Below, one piece after another: positions 10,752 through 19,812 of a stretch of 64,000 bases of DNA; the stretch's first letter is position 1; the number at the start of each line of letters is the position of its first letter. The stretch is from Candidatus Spongiisociaceae bacterium (GTDB lineage: Bacteria > Actinomycetota > Acidimicrobiia > Spongiisociales > Spongiisociaceae), in NCBI GenBank assembly GCA_965219685.1, contig CBDCOH010000002.1, positions 1 through 64,000 on the forward strand, given 5' to 3'. Made by a program: the position numbers and the translations under genes. Below the pieces are notes generated by a model. It ran no database searches. It worked only from the letters and a program-made list of their open reading frames with translations, and was not told where the DNA came from.

Positions 10752-11170
10752 GACCCTAGTAGGGCTTGGCGGCGGGCCCAGGCGGCCTCGGCTTCGTCGG
10801 CGATCCGTGCTCTTTCGGTGAGTTCCCCATCGATCTCGTCGGTGTGGTCCGCGTAATAGGCGAGGGCTGCATCGATCATCGCCGCACAGACTGCCAGCAA
10901 GTCGGCGGCACGGGCTCTTCTCTGCCCGACCGGGACATCTCCGCCGACCACAGCGCCGATGACATCGGCGACTTCAGGTCCACCGGCGAGGGCGGCCCGT
11001 CGTCCCGTCGGGCCCTCCCGGAACACGACGGCGGGGTGGGCGTCCATCCGCAGTCCCTCGTCGATCAGCCGCTCAGCGAGCGCGGAGATCGCCTGCCGAC
11101 GTGACGAGGCTTGTGCCTTAAGACGCTTGTAGGCGGAGTCGTTGGAGAATCGGATGGACACCACAGGCAT
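10748..11170 (-). CDS. Putative antitoxin (RHH + DUF433-like, VapB45-like)
   Basis: VSIRF..LAERLIDEGLRM..HP.VVFREGPTGRRA..AALAYYADH.DEID pattern; directly upstream of the PIN gene. Confidence 0.7.
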   Translation of the reverse strand: MPVVSIRFSNDSAYKRLKAQASSRRQAISALAERLIDEGLRMDAHPAVVFREGPTGRRAALAGGPEVADVIGAVVGGDVPVGQRRARAADLLAVCAAMIDAALAYYADHTDEIDGELTERARIADEAEAAWARRQALLGS

Positions 11171-11198
11171 GACTGCAGTGTAGTCAATTGTAGTTGAA
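11170..11198 (-). promoter_or_regulatory. Leaderless-type promoter/operator of the TA operon
   Basis: Minus strand reads CAACTACAATTGACTACACTGCAGTC-ATG: TACACT -10 box 6 nt before the ATG, ACTACA direct repeats, imperfect palindrome TGACTGCAGTGTAGTCA at 11170-11186. Confidence 0.5.
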
Positions 11199-11218
11199 TC
11201 GTGAGGCCCAACCCGGGC

Positions 11219-11722
11219 TCAGCCCCTGACGACCGCTCCGCTCAGTACCTGCTCCAGGGACACCGACGGGGCGTAGTCGTCGGGCCAGTCGGCCAGTTGG
11301 ATCAGGGTGCCCTGAGCGCTGGACGGATAGATGAAGCACTCGCTCCAAACACCCGGCTCGTCGTTCAACCCGACCACCTTCAGCCCGGCACTCTCTGCCC
11401 TCCGGGCTGCATCCGTCACCGAGGACACCTTGAACGTCAGATGGTGGACGCCTTCGCCGCGCGACCTCAGGAAACGCCACAGGAAGCAGTCGTCCGAGAC
11501 CGGCGCCAACGCCTCGATCTTGGCGCCCCCGGGCAGCCGGTAGTGGATCCATCTGAAACCCCTCCTGAGGTTGTCGGCTCCCGTGAGGAAGGTACCGCCG
11601 AGCATCTCGAAGAGTCCGGCCGCGGCCTCAAGATCTCGGACTCCGATGGCAAGATGGTCGAAGCACTCGATCAGGTCGGCGAGTGGCTCGAGTTGCTCGG
11701 CGAGATCGGGTGTGGGTTTCAA
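11219..11722 (-). CDS. VOC family protein (methylmalonyl-CoA epimerase-like)
   Basis: FDHLAIGVRD, IEALAP, GEGVHHLTF, GTLIQL. Confidence 0.8.
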   Translation of the reverse strand: MKPTPDLAEQLEPLADLIECFDHLAIGVRDLEAAAGLFEMLGGTFLTGADNLRRGFRWIHYRLPGGAKIEALAPVSDDCFLWRFLRSRGEGVHHLTFKVSSVTDAARRAESAGLKVVGLNDEPGVWSECFIYPSSAQGTLIQLADWPDDYAPSVSLEQVLSGAVVRG

Positions 11723-11740
11723 GGTGCCTCCCTGGTGGCG

Positions 11741-11780
11741 AAAGAATCCGGCGCCCCTCGTAGCGGGGGCGCCGGATCCC
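11741..11780 (-). terminator. GC-rich hairpin plus short U-rich tail downstream of the SBP gene
   Basis: Minus strand ATCCGGCGCCCCCG-CTA-CGAGGGGCGCCGGAT followed by TCTTT. Confidence 0.6.
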
Positions 11781-11826
11781 TGTTCGTAATCGGCTCGGAC
11801 TGAGTCGGCCGAGCCACGTTGGTGGT

Positions 11827-12732
11827 CTAGTTACAGGCGGGCATTCCCTCGGTCGGGCCTATGTGCCTCTCGTAGACCTCGTCGAGCGTGCCCCTCGAGA
11901 TGTAGTAGGCCAGCCAGCCGTTCAGGTACTCGAGCCACACGACTTCGCCGCGCGGAACCGCCCAGGCACCGTACTCCTCGGCGACGAACGGCGCGTTGGG
12001 GTTCAGAACGCTGGTGCTCGGGTTCTCCGCCACGAACGGCAGCGCCAGGTATTCCTCGACGACGATGGCGTCGGCACGCCCGGAAGCGACTTCGAGGAAG
12101 GCGGGGGCCTGGTCGAGCTGGACCAGTTCCGCGTTCGGGAACCGGGTCTCGGTCAGGTTGGCCGCCGTGGAACCCGTGAGGGCCGTCATGGTCACATCGC
12201 TGCTGTTCAACTCATCGATTGACATGATCCCCGAGTCGTTGTTGACCACTACCACCTGGCGGTAGGGAACGTAGGGGCAGGTGAACCACAGCTGCTCGAG
12301 ACGAGCCGGCCTGCCGACCAGGCCCACGGACACCATGTCAAACTGCCGGGCGATGAGTCCGGGGATCATCGCGTCGAACTCGAGGTTGTTTATCTCCAGC
12401 TCCACTCCGAGGTCCTCGGCCAGCATGTTCATGAGGTCGACGTCGTAACCGGCCGGGTTCCCGCTGTCATCGATGTACATCTGAGGCTCGAACTGAAGGA
12501 CCATACCGACCTTGAGGGTTCCGCGGTCCTTGATCTCGTCGAGCAGGTTGCCGTCGACGACGCCGCCGCCGGCCGCACCCATCCCGTCTTCGAGGCTGGT
12601 GACGCGGGCTGCCAGGGCGGCAAGATCCCCGGCCATTTCGCCATCACCGGCGGCCCCGTCATCGCTCGCGCAGGCACCTGCTACCAGTCCCAACGCGATC
12701 ACCATCACCAACCACTTGATGCCTCTTCTCAT
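11827..12732 (-). CDS. Polar amino acid ABC transporter substrate-binding lipoprotein (family 3)
   Basis: Lipobox-like AGAC; RGTLKVG, GYDVDL, FDAMIPGL, GRADA; ATG at 12732 after AAGGAGG. Confidence 0.88.
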   Translation of the reverse strand: MRRGIKWLVMVIALGLVAGACASDDGAAGDGEMAGDLAALAARVTSLEDGMGAAGGGVVDGNLLDEIKDRGTLKVGMVLQFEPQMYIDDSGNPAGYDVDLMNMLAEDLGVELEINNLEFDAMIPGLIARQFDMVSVGLVGRPARLEQLWFTCPYVPYRQVVVVNNDSGIMSIDELNSSDVTMTALTGSTAANLTETRFPNAELVQLDQAPAFLEVASGRADAIVVEEYLALPFVAENPSTSVLNPNAPFVAEEYGAWAVPRGEVVWLEYLNGWLAYYISRGTLDEVYERHIGPTEGMPACN

Positions 12733-12841
12733 ACCGTTCTCCCTCCTTGAGGAAACTATCTCTCTCCCGATCCGGAGTGACCGGGGTGCATCCGGTGTTC
12801 CGGGACCCGCGTACCAGCGAGCCGAAAACCGGCCTACCATG

Positions 12842-13657
12842 CTAGGCAGCAGTCGGACCCTCGGACGATTCGCGATCCCGGCCGGCCCTGACCTGGTCCT
12901 GAAGCCTGACCAGGTGCGCGCTGCGGCGCCGGGCGAACGGCGAACGGACCTTGGAGGTGAGGACGTCCACGAGCGCGAAGCGCTTCTCCAGGTACTTGAC
13001 CCCGAAGTACACGGCGGTGGTCAGGATCAGGTAGCAGATGACCGTGGCCAGGTAGACCTCGAAGTAGCGGAACGTGCTGTTGGCCAGGAGGTTGCTGACC
13101 CGCAACAGTTCGGGTACACCGATGATGTAGACCAGCGAGGAGTCCTTGATCATGCCGATGAACATGTTCCCCATCGGCGGGATGACGATGCGGGTGGCCT
13201 GGGGCAGGATCACCCGGAAGAAGACCTGGGGCCGGCTCATGCCCACCGACATGGCCGCCTGCCGCTGGCCGTCGGAGACCGCCTGGATGCCACTGCGGAA
13301 GATCTCCCCTAGCCAGGCCGAGTACTGCAGTGTCAGGGCCAGGATCCCCGCCTGGATCGCTGAGATAGTCAACTCGAACTGGATGGCGATCCCGTAGTAG
13401 ACGAACAGGACGAAGACCAGCAGGGGGATGGCCCGGAACACGTTGACGTAGGCCGCCATGATGGGGGTGATGATCCGCGACCTGGACATGCGCAGGAGAG
13501 CCACCGCCAAGCCCAGCACGGTCGCCAGCGTGAAGGCGACGATGGCGATGAACACCGTCAGCCGCACCCCGCCGAGGAAGATGTCCCGGTTGTCCCAGAT
13601 GAACTCGGGCCGGAATCGGGCCTGGGCGAGTAGCGGGACTGCCACCAGGTAGCTCAT
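12842..13657 (-). CDS. Polar amino acid ABC transporter permease
   Basis: [32 protein letters not shown]. Confidence 0.92.
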   Translation of the reverse strand: MSYLVAVPLLAQARFRPEFIWDNRDIFLGGVRLTVFIAIVAFTLATVLGLAVALLRMSRSRIITPIMAAYVNVFRAIPLLVFVLFVYYGIAIQFELTISAIQAGILALTLQYSAWLGEIFRSGIQAVSDGQRQAAMSVGMSRPQVFFRVILPQATRIVIPPMGNMFIGMIKDSSLVYIIGVPELLRVSNLLANSTFRYFEVYLATVICYLILTTAVYFGVKYLEKRFALVDVLTSKVRSPFARRRSAHLVRLQDQVRAGRDRESSEGPTAA

Positions 13658-14433
13658 AGGATCGCCTTCAGGAAGGCGCGGGTGCGTGGCTCTCCGGCGT
13701 TGTCGTAGAGTTCCCTACCACCGGTCTCGACGACGACTCCGTCGTCCATGAAGATGTTCAGGTCCCCCGCTTCCCGAGCGAAGCCCATTTCGTGCGTTAC
13801 AACCACCATGGTCATCCCCGACTCGGCCAGGCTGCGCATCACGCTCAGGACCTCGCCCACCAACTCCGGGTCCAAGGCGGAGGTGGGTTCGTCGAACAGC
13901 ATCACCTTCGGCTCCATGACCAGGGATCGCGCTATCGCCACCCGCTGCTGCTGGCCCCCCGAGAGTTGGGTGGGGTAGGCGCCCACCTTGTCGAGGAGAC
14001 CCACCTTGTCGAGATAGACGGCCGCCATCATCTCGGCCTCGGCTCGTCTCATGCGCTTGACCCTACGCAGGGCCAAGGCCACGTTGTCGAGGGCGGTGAC
14101 ATGGGGGAACAGGTTGAACTGCTGGAAGACCATCCCGATGTGTTGCCGGAGGAGACGCGCCTTCCCTTTGGGAAGGCCCTCTCCCTTGATCCCCGGACCG
14201 TACTCCCTGCCCTCGAACCACACCGAGCCGGAGTCGGGGATCTCCAGCAGGTTGGCCGTCCTGAGCAGCGTGGACTTACCGGATCCGGAGGGTCCGAAGA
14301 TGACGACGTGCTGCCCCTGGCCGACGGTGAGGTCGATTCCTCTCAGAACGTGGTTGGATCCGAACGACTTGTGGATCGCCCGTAACCGCAGTACCGGCTG
14401 AGCCTCCAAACCCGCCGAGGAACGCGAGGTCAT
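13654..14433 (-). CDS. Polar amino acid ABC transporter ATP-binding protein
   Basis: [33 protein letters not shown]. Confidence 0.95.
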   Translation of the reverse strand: MTSRSSAGLEAQPVLRLRAIHKSFGSNHVLRGIDLTVGQGQHVVIFGPSGSGKSTLLRTANLLEIPDSGSVWFEGREYGPGIKGEGLPKGKARLLRQHIGMVFQQFNLFPHVTALDNVALALRRVKRMRRAEAEMMAAVYLDKVGLLDKVGAYPTQLSGGQQQRVAIARSLVMEPKVMLFDEPTSALDPELVGEVLSVMRSLAESGMTMVVVTHEMGFAREAGDLNIFMDDGVVVETGGRELYDNAGEPRTRAFLKAIL

Positions 14434-14687
14434 GTGTCGAGCGGGGTGGGGCGGGCCTTGGCCTGGTGCCCATGGCGGCGGAGCAGGTCGACGAGAGCGT
14501 CCTCGGCGAAACGGAGCCCGTCGTGCATACCCATCCGGAACGCGGTCTGTCCCTTGGCGTCGTTGTAGTCCAACTCCTCCCTGATCCGCAGGATCAGTTG
14601 GTGGATGCCGTCGTCAAGGCCGTCGCCCGGTTCCGACACGCGGGCTCCCTGGTCGGCCTCTAGAGAGTTGCCGGGGGGCCGTCTCAT
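14430..14687 (-). CDS. Small hypothetical protein, coupled to the ABC ATPase gene
   Basis: ATGA overlap with the ATPase start; helical-looking sequence; the true start may be the internal GTG near 14639. Confidence 0.5.
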   Translation of the reverse strand: MRRPPGNSLEADQGARVSEPGDGLDDGIHQLILRIREELDYNDAKGQTAFRMGMHDGLRFAEDALVDLLRRHGHQAKARPTPLDT

Positions 14688-14733
14688 CCGTCAACACCCC
14701 AGATGATGCGTGGCGCGGCGAGGTATGTCATCG

Positions 14734-15012
14734 TCAAGGTACGGCGACGAGGGCTGAGCGGTATGCCCGGGCGACCCGTTCCAGTCCATCGGGGTCGAAC
14801 CCGGTTACCTGGTGGTCGCCGTACATCAGGAACGGGACGAGCAGATGGCCCGTCAACGCAAGCAGTTCCTGCCTGGCCTCGTCGCTCTGGCGGATGTTGC
14901 GGTCGTCGAACTCGACGGACGCCGCTTGCAGGTAGTCCCGCACGCGGCAGCACTCCTGTCAGGTGGGGGTGCGGGCGTCCGTATTGAGGCTGTAGAGAAT
15001 CGGGCGGTCCAT
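14734..15012 (-). CDS. Glutaredoxin/NrdH-like redoxin with UxxC motif (probable selenoprotein; in-frame TGA at 14961-14959)
   Basis: GAGGAGG RBS + ATG at 15012; reads MDRPILYSLNTDARTPT-U-QECCRVRDYL...LVPFL...GFD in one frame; TGA lies at the first Cys position of CxxC. Confidence 0.75.
14921..14948 (-). promoter_or_regulatory. Candidate bacterial SECIS stem-loop
   Basis: mRNA GCCGC-G-UGCGGG-ACUA-CCUGCA-A-GCGGC; apical loop about 22 nt downstream of the UGA. Confidence 0.5.
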
Positions 15013-15155
15013 CTGTGCCTCCTCACAATGGGTGACGGTGTCGGCAACAGTATGGCATCCGCGCCCTGATCCCTCGTATGCCGACCGTTTCGTCGCGCCG
15101 GAGCGTGAACGCATCCGGTTACCATGCCGCCGTCACTCGGGTGGAGGAGATGGTC

Positions 15156-15884
15156 ATGGGCGTGGCTCTGGTAACCGGCGCGGGATCGGGCATAGGTGCA
15201 TCCGTAGCGCAATGCCTGGCCCGCAGGGGCGATGAGGTGGCGTGTGTCGACATCGACGGGGACCGCGCCGCGGAGGTGGCCGCCGGGATCGAGGGTTCCA
15301 TCGCCTTGGCCGCAGATGTCACCGACGAGACTCAGTGCGAGGCGATGGTCGCCGCCACGCTGGATCGTTTCGGGGATCTGGATACCGCGGTGACCTGCGC
15401 CGGGATCGAGAAGGCCGGGGACTCGCTCGACTTCGACATAGACACGTTCCGCAGGGTGGTGGATGTCAACCTCACCGGAAGCTTCCTGACCGCCCGGGAA
15501 GCGGCCAGGGCCATGGCTGGGAGAGGCCACGGAGGCACGATCGTTCTCATCGGGTCGATCAACTCGAAGGTGGTCCTTCCCGGGACTGCAGCCTATGCCT
15601 CCTCCAAGGGGGGAGTGCTGTTGCTCGGACAGGCGCTGGCGGTGGACTTCGCCCGCCACGGGATCAGGGTCAACACCATTGGTCCGGGGGTGACCGACAC
15701 TCCGATGAGCGCCGACAGCCTCGCCAACCCGCCCCGGCGAGCCAAGCTCATGGCCCGTACCCCGCTGGACCGTCCGGCCCACCCCGATGAGATAGCCGAG
15801 GTGGTGGCTTTCCTGACCTCGGATGCCTCCAGCTTCATGACCGGGGCATTCATCCCGGTCGACGGGGGCTGGCTGGCGTTGTAG
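15156..15884 (+). CDS. Short-chain dehydrogenase/reductase
   Basis: TGAGSGIG, YASSK, IRVNTIGPG, VDGG; GGAGGAG RBS. Confidence 0.92.
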   Translation: MGVALVTGAGSGIGASVAQCLARRGDEVACVDIDGDRAAEVAAGIEGSIALAADVTDETQCEAMVAATLDRFGDLDTAVTCAGIEKAGDSLDFDIDTFRRVVDVNLTGSFLTAREAARAMAGRGHGGTIVLIGSINSKVVLPGTAAYASSKGGVLLLGQALAVDFARHGIRVNTIGPGVTDTPMSADSLANPPRRAKLMARTPLDRPAHPDEIAEVVAFLTSDASSFMTGAFIPVDGGWLAL

Positions 15885-15906
15885 AGACGGTCCGGCGCCG
15901 GGACCT

Positions 15907-16956
15907 CTATCCGATCGCCACGTCCACCACGAGCCGCTTGCCATCCGTACCTTCGGCGGCGATCCGGGCCAGAGCGTCAGGAACCTGTTCCAGGGTGACG
16001 GTAGCGCCGGTCAGTGCGGTGAGATCGAGCTTTCCGGCCGCGTGCAGGGAATTGCCGACGATGAAGTCCCTCCGGTCGAATCCGAACGTGGTGACCAGTG
16101 ACACCTCTCTGGACATGAAGTCGGCCAGGTAATGGTCGAATGACAGGGCGGTGGGGCCGTCGCAGATCCCCATCAGCAGCACGGTGCCGCCCGGCCGGAC
16201 GGCTCGGATGGCAAGGTCCACGCTGGAGACACGTCCGGCAGCTTCGAACACCACGTCGGCGCCGTGAGGCGACCCGATGGCCTCGCTTACCTGCCGAGCG
16301 GCCTCGGTGGAATCGAGGCCGGACACGTTGACGCCACCTTCGGTCCACGGGCCGGATGCTTCGAGCCGGTCGTCAGACACGTCCACCGCCACCACGGTGG
16401 TGGCGCCCATCGCCTTCGCCACCTGGCAGAGCGTGAGGCCGATGCTGCCCACCCCGGTGACTACCACCCGGGACCCGCCGCGGACCCCGGCACGCCGCGC
16501 TGCGTGCACCGAAGCGGGGAGGGCCGATCCCAGCATCACGGCTTCTCCAACCGGAGTCCCCGGCGCGATGGGGAACATGTGTGACTCCGGAACCACCACG
16601 TAGTCCGCGAAGCCACCGTCGATGTTGATGCCCAGGTGACGCATCCACGGGCAGATCATCTCCTCGCCGCGGATGCACCACTCGCACACCCTGCAGCCCA
16701 CGACGGCGTCGACCACCACCACCGATCCTTCCTGCGGTGCGGCGCTCGACGAGACCTGGACGACCTCGCCCACGATCTCGTGGCCGAGGATGCGGGGAAA
16801 CCCGAGCGTGTCGAGCATCCCGCTTGCCATCTGGGCTTGGAACAGACCGGCGGCGGAGGCGATGGTGCGGATCAGGCCCCAGCCCGGAGGCGTCTCCGGG
16901 ACCGGGATGTCCTCCAGCTCGAACCTGCCCTCCTCGTACATCGACAGGGCGCGCAC
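15907..16956 (-). CDS. Zinc-binding medium-chain dehydrogenase (atypical catalytic site)
   Basis: GHE, CRVCEWC...C structural Zn site, GVGSIG. Confidence 0.85.
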   Translation of the reverse strand: MRALSMYEEGRFELEDIPVPETPPGWGLIRTIASAAGLFQAQMASGMLDTLGFPRILGHEIVGEVVQVSSSAAPQEGSVVVVDAVVGCRVCEWCIRGEEMICPWMRHLGINIDGGFADYVVVPESHMFPIAPGTPVGEAVMLGSALPASVHAARRAGVRGGSRVVVTGVGSIGLTLCQVAKAMGATTVVAVDVSDDRLEASGPWTEGGVNVSGLDSTEAARQVSEAIGSPHGADVVFEAAGRVSSVDLAIRAVRPGGTVLLMGICDGPTALSFDHYLADFMSREVSLVTTFGFDRRDFIVGNSLHAAGKLDLTALTGATVTLEQVPDALARIAAEGTDGKRLVVDVAIG

Positions 16957-16992
16957 AGCATCAATCCCTGGAGTGGCCGGGCGGGACCCGGA

Positions 16993-17664
16993 TCAGGTGA
17001 TCACGCCTTCGGTGTCGAGTTCCCAGATCAGTTCGCTGAACTGGTATCCACCGGGAACCCAGCGCTTGCGCGAGTACCGGATGTTGGGGTTGTAGGCGAG
17101 CGCGATGTGCTCGTCGAGGTCGCAGAAGTTGGACGAGAACTCGACGTCCGGGGCGTTGTCCCGAAGGTAGTCACCGATGGGGCAGTTGAGCCGGAGGACG
17201 TACTTCACCATGTTGCCCTCGGCGTCGAAGTAGCGCTCGGTGTCGAGTTTCGGGGACCACTGGAAGTAGGACCAGAACTCCTTGAAGAAGTTGTTGAGGT
17301 TGAGCGGCTCGCCCTTCCCGCGGGTCTTGGCGGCCATCTCGGCGCCCATCTGGTCGCCCTGGCGCTTGCGGGCCCGGGCTACGGCCGCCCGGCCTTCCTC
17401 CTTGCCGAGTTCGTACTCCATGGCTTCGGCGAGCACCGAGAAGATCTTGGTCTTGGCGTGGAACTCCGGCTCGTTGGCGTCCCACCCGATCTGGATGGGA
17501 TCGTCCGCCGACACCTCGCGGTACCGCTCCATGTAGCGAAGCTCGCCTTCGAGGTCGGACTTCGCCTTGGTTCGCGCCATGCGGTCGCCGGGAGCGTCGT
17601 CGATGGCATCCGCCAACTCCTTCAGCTCCGGCTGGGCGATCTCGACCCGCTCGTATGTGCTCAT
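16993..17664 (-). CDS. L-2-amino-thiazoline-4-carboxylate hydrolase-like (ATC hydrolase/V4R-like) protein
   Basis: CP....C..D....AYNP.I...R pattern; AGGAGG RBS. Confidence 0.6.
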   Translation of the reverse strand: MSTYERVEIAQPELKELADAIDDAPGDRMARTKAKSDLEGELRYMERYREVSADDPIQIGWDANEPEFHAKTKIFSVLAEAMEYELGKEEGRAAVARARKRQGDQMGAEMAAKTRGKGEPLNLNNFFKEFWSYFQWSPKLDTERYFDAEGNMVKYVLRLNCPIGDYLRDNAPDVEFSSNFCDLDEHIALAYNPNIRYSRKRWVPGGYQFSELIWELDTEGVIT

Positions 17665-17849
17665 TCCCCGTTACCTCCTATATCAGAACCGTATGGCCGC
17701 GCCCTGACTCCCGCAGTCGAAGGAGTGCCGAGCAATCTACCAGGGTGGCCGGCGTCCCGAACCGCCGCCCGAGTACGGCTGCTCACCTTGCCAGGGCGCA
17801 AGTCCCGGACGGCGCTGCCGAGACCATCCCCGATCTCAAACTAATGTAC

Positions 17850-17897
17850 ACCACCGACTACCAACTATAGACTACCAACTACAGACTAGGAACTACT
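17850..17897. repeat. Degenerate 7-bp tandem repeat (ACTAnnr), about 7 units
   Basis: ACCACCG ACTACCA ACTATAG ACTACCA ACTACAG ACTAGGA ACTACT. Confidence 0.75.
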
Positions 17898-17946
17898 CAT
17901 CTAGGTCACGGACGCTAGCTGTCGGTTCATGGGGATCGCCGTCGGC

Positions 17947-18136
17947 TCACTTCAAGACTGCGATGATGATGCCCGTGGCCGCTGCTGCGGCGGCGAAGAC
18001 CGACGAGATCATCCACATACCCATACGGAAAGGCGTTTAGGTCGGACTGACGCTGGCTCTCCAGGACTACGAGGAGGGCGTTCGACTGTTCCTCGCTGAC
18101 CTTGGCTTTCACCAGATCGTCGATGGTTGGTGACAT
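17947..18136 (-). pseudogene. Small membrane-anchored protein (DUF1640/CCDC90-like) split by a +1 frameshift
   Basis: AAGGAG RBS; removing one T from GCC TTT CCG (plus strand AAA 18029-18031) gives ...DLNAFRMGMWMISSVFAAAAAATGIIIAVLK*, ending in a TM helix. Confidence 0.45.
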
Positions 18137-18291
18137 CGCCACTCCTTGTTCCCGCCGACTCTCGACGATTACCCTACCACAACCTCTCCAACGGTTGTCG
18201 TTCTACGGTGCTGTTCTGTATTAATCGGCATGCGACAGGACAACCGAAATCGAGTGCGTCCGCTTCAGTTGGATGGCTCGGAACCACTCGT

Positions 18292-19437
18292 CTAGTCGCG
18301 CACCGCCATGACGGTTGGATGCTCGTTCAGCTTCACGCCGCCCTTCTCCGTACAGAGGATGATGTCCTCGACCCGGACTCCCACCCGCCCCGGCCAGAAG
18401 ACCGAGGGTTCGATGGTGAAGGTCATACCGGCTTCGAGTGGGGTGTCGTCCTCGGGCGAGATGAAGGGTTCCTCGTGAACGTCCAGACCGATGCAGTGGC
18501 CGGTCCGGTGGCGGAACCAGTCGCCGTATCCGGCGTCCACAATCACCTGCCGGGTGGCCCGGTGCACCTCGGAGGCCTTGACGCCGGGCCGGGCCGCCTT
18601 CATGCCTGCTTGCTGGGCGGCCATGACCACCTCGTAGACGCGACGGTACTCGTCGTCCGGCTCGCCGATCCGGATCGTCCGGCCGAAGTCGGAGCAGTAG
18701 CCCTGGACCACGGCACCGAAATCGAACGACAAGCCCACGCCCTGGCGAACTTCCTGCTGGGAGAGCCGGACGTTGGCGTCCCGGTCGTCTCCCGGACCCA
18801 TTCCCCACACCGCGGTGTCGAACGACCAGGTACGGGAGCCGAGGCGGAGCAGGTGGTAGTTCACCTCCTCGGCCAGTTCCAGCTCGGTTACGCCGCTCGA
18901 GATCCGGGCCTTGGTTGCCGCCATCGCCCCGTCGGCCACATGGCAGGCCCGGCGTAACAGCTCCAGTTCGTCCGGGCTCTTGATCCGCCGCAGACGGTTG
19001 ACCAGGCGGCTGGCGTTTACCAGCTGCGGACTTCGCAACTCCTCCAGGAGGTTCATCGTGGCTGATGCCCAGGTACGGGCGCCCACCGCCAGCGTTGCGG
19101 GAGACGGGAAGGACCGCGCAACGCGGGAGAACAGGGCATGGCCATCATCCATCTCGCTCACGCTCACCACCTCGCCCGGAACCCCCTCCGGCAGATCGAA
19201 CTCGACGTAGTTGCGGGGGAGGATGAAGGCGGGATCCCGGCCGGGCGCTAGGAAAGCACCGGCGACCCAGCCGTGCGCGTAGTTGACGTCGCCGAAGGTG
19301 GGCACCCGCCGCTGGATGCCGGTCAGGTACTCGAGGTCGGCGCCGATCGGGAGCCAGACGAGATCGACTCCCGCCTCCTCGAGCACGGCGTCCAGGGCGA
19401 GGCGGCGTGCTCGATGGTCGAACGTGATGGTGCTCAT
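18292..19437 (-). CDS. Xaa-Pro peptidase family (M24)
   Basis: DFG....YCSDFGRT, HRTGHCIGLDVHE, TIEP, GVRVED. Confidence 0.93.
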   Translation of the reverse strand: MSTITFDHRARRLALDAVLEEAGVDLVWLPIGADLEYLTGIQRRVPTFGDVNYAHGWVAGAFLAPGRDPAFILPRNYVEFDLPEGVPGEVVSVSEMDDGHALFSRVARSFPSPATLAVGARTWASATMNLLEELRSPQLVNASRLVNRLRRIKSPDELELLRRACHVADGAMAATKARISSGVTELELAEEVNYHLLRLGSRTWSFDTAVWGMGPGDDRDANVRLSQQEVRQGVGLSFDFGAVVQGYCSDFGRTIRIGEPDDEYRRVYEVVMAAQQAGMKAARPGVKASEVHRATRQVIVDAGYGDWFRHRTGHCIGLDVHEEPFISPEDDTPLEAGMTFTIEPSVFWPGRVGVRVEDIILCTEKGGVKLNEHPTVMAVRD

Positions 19438-19812
19438 GCAAGCACGATTCTAGGGCGTGGTCACGCTACCGACTCCGCCCGCCAAGCCACTGACACCCGT
19501 GGACTGCCTGTGGGCAGGCGGTGTGATACGGCGTCCATGGCGGCCCAGACCACGCGACTAGGTTCCCGAACTCCCACCGACCCATGATGTTGCGAGACGT
19601 CCCGGACTGTGCCCTTTAGTCCGGAGGGCACGGCCGTTGCCGGGGGCCTTGTCGGTCGTGCGGGTTTCGGAATCGGGTGGCCTCCTGCCGCGCCGGGCCG
19701 GGGAAACGGCCGTAATGAGGCTCTGGGCTAAGATGTTTCGGGCTGCGGGCCGGTCGATGACGCTTCATCGGTCCGCCGTCGTAATGCGGCCCGAGTCGTT
19801 CTTGAGGTTCTT

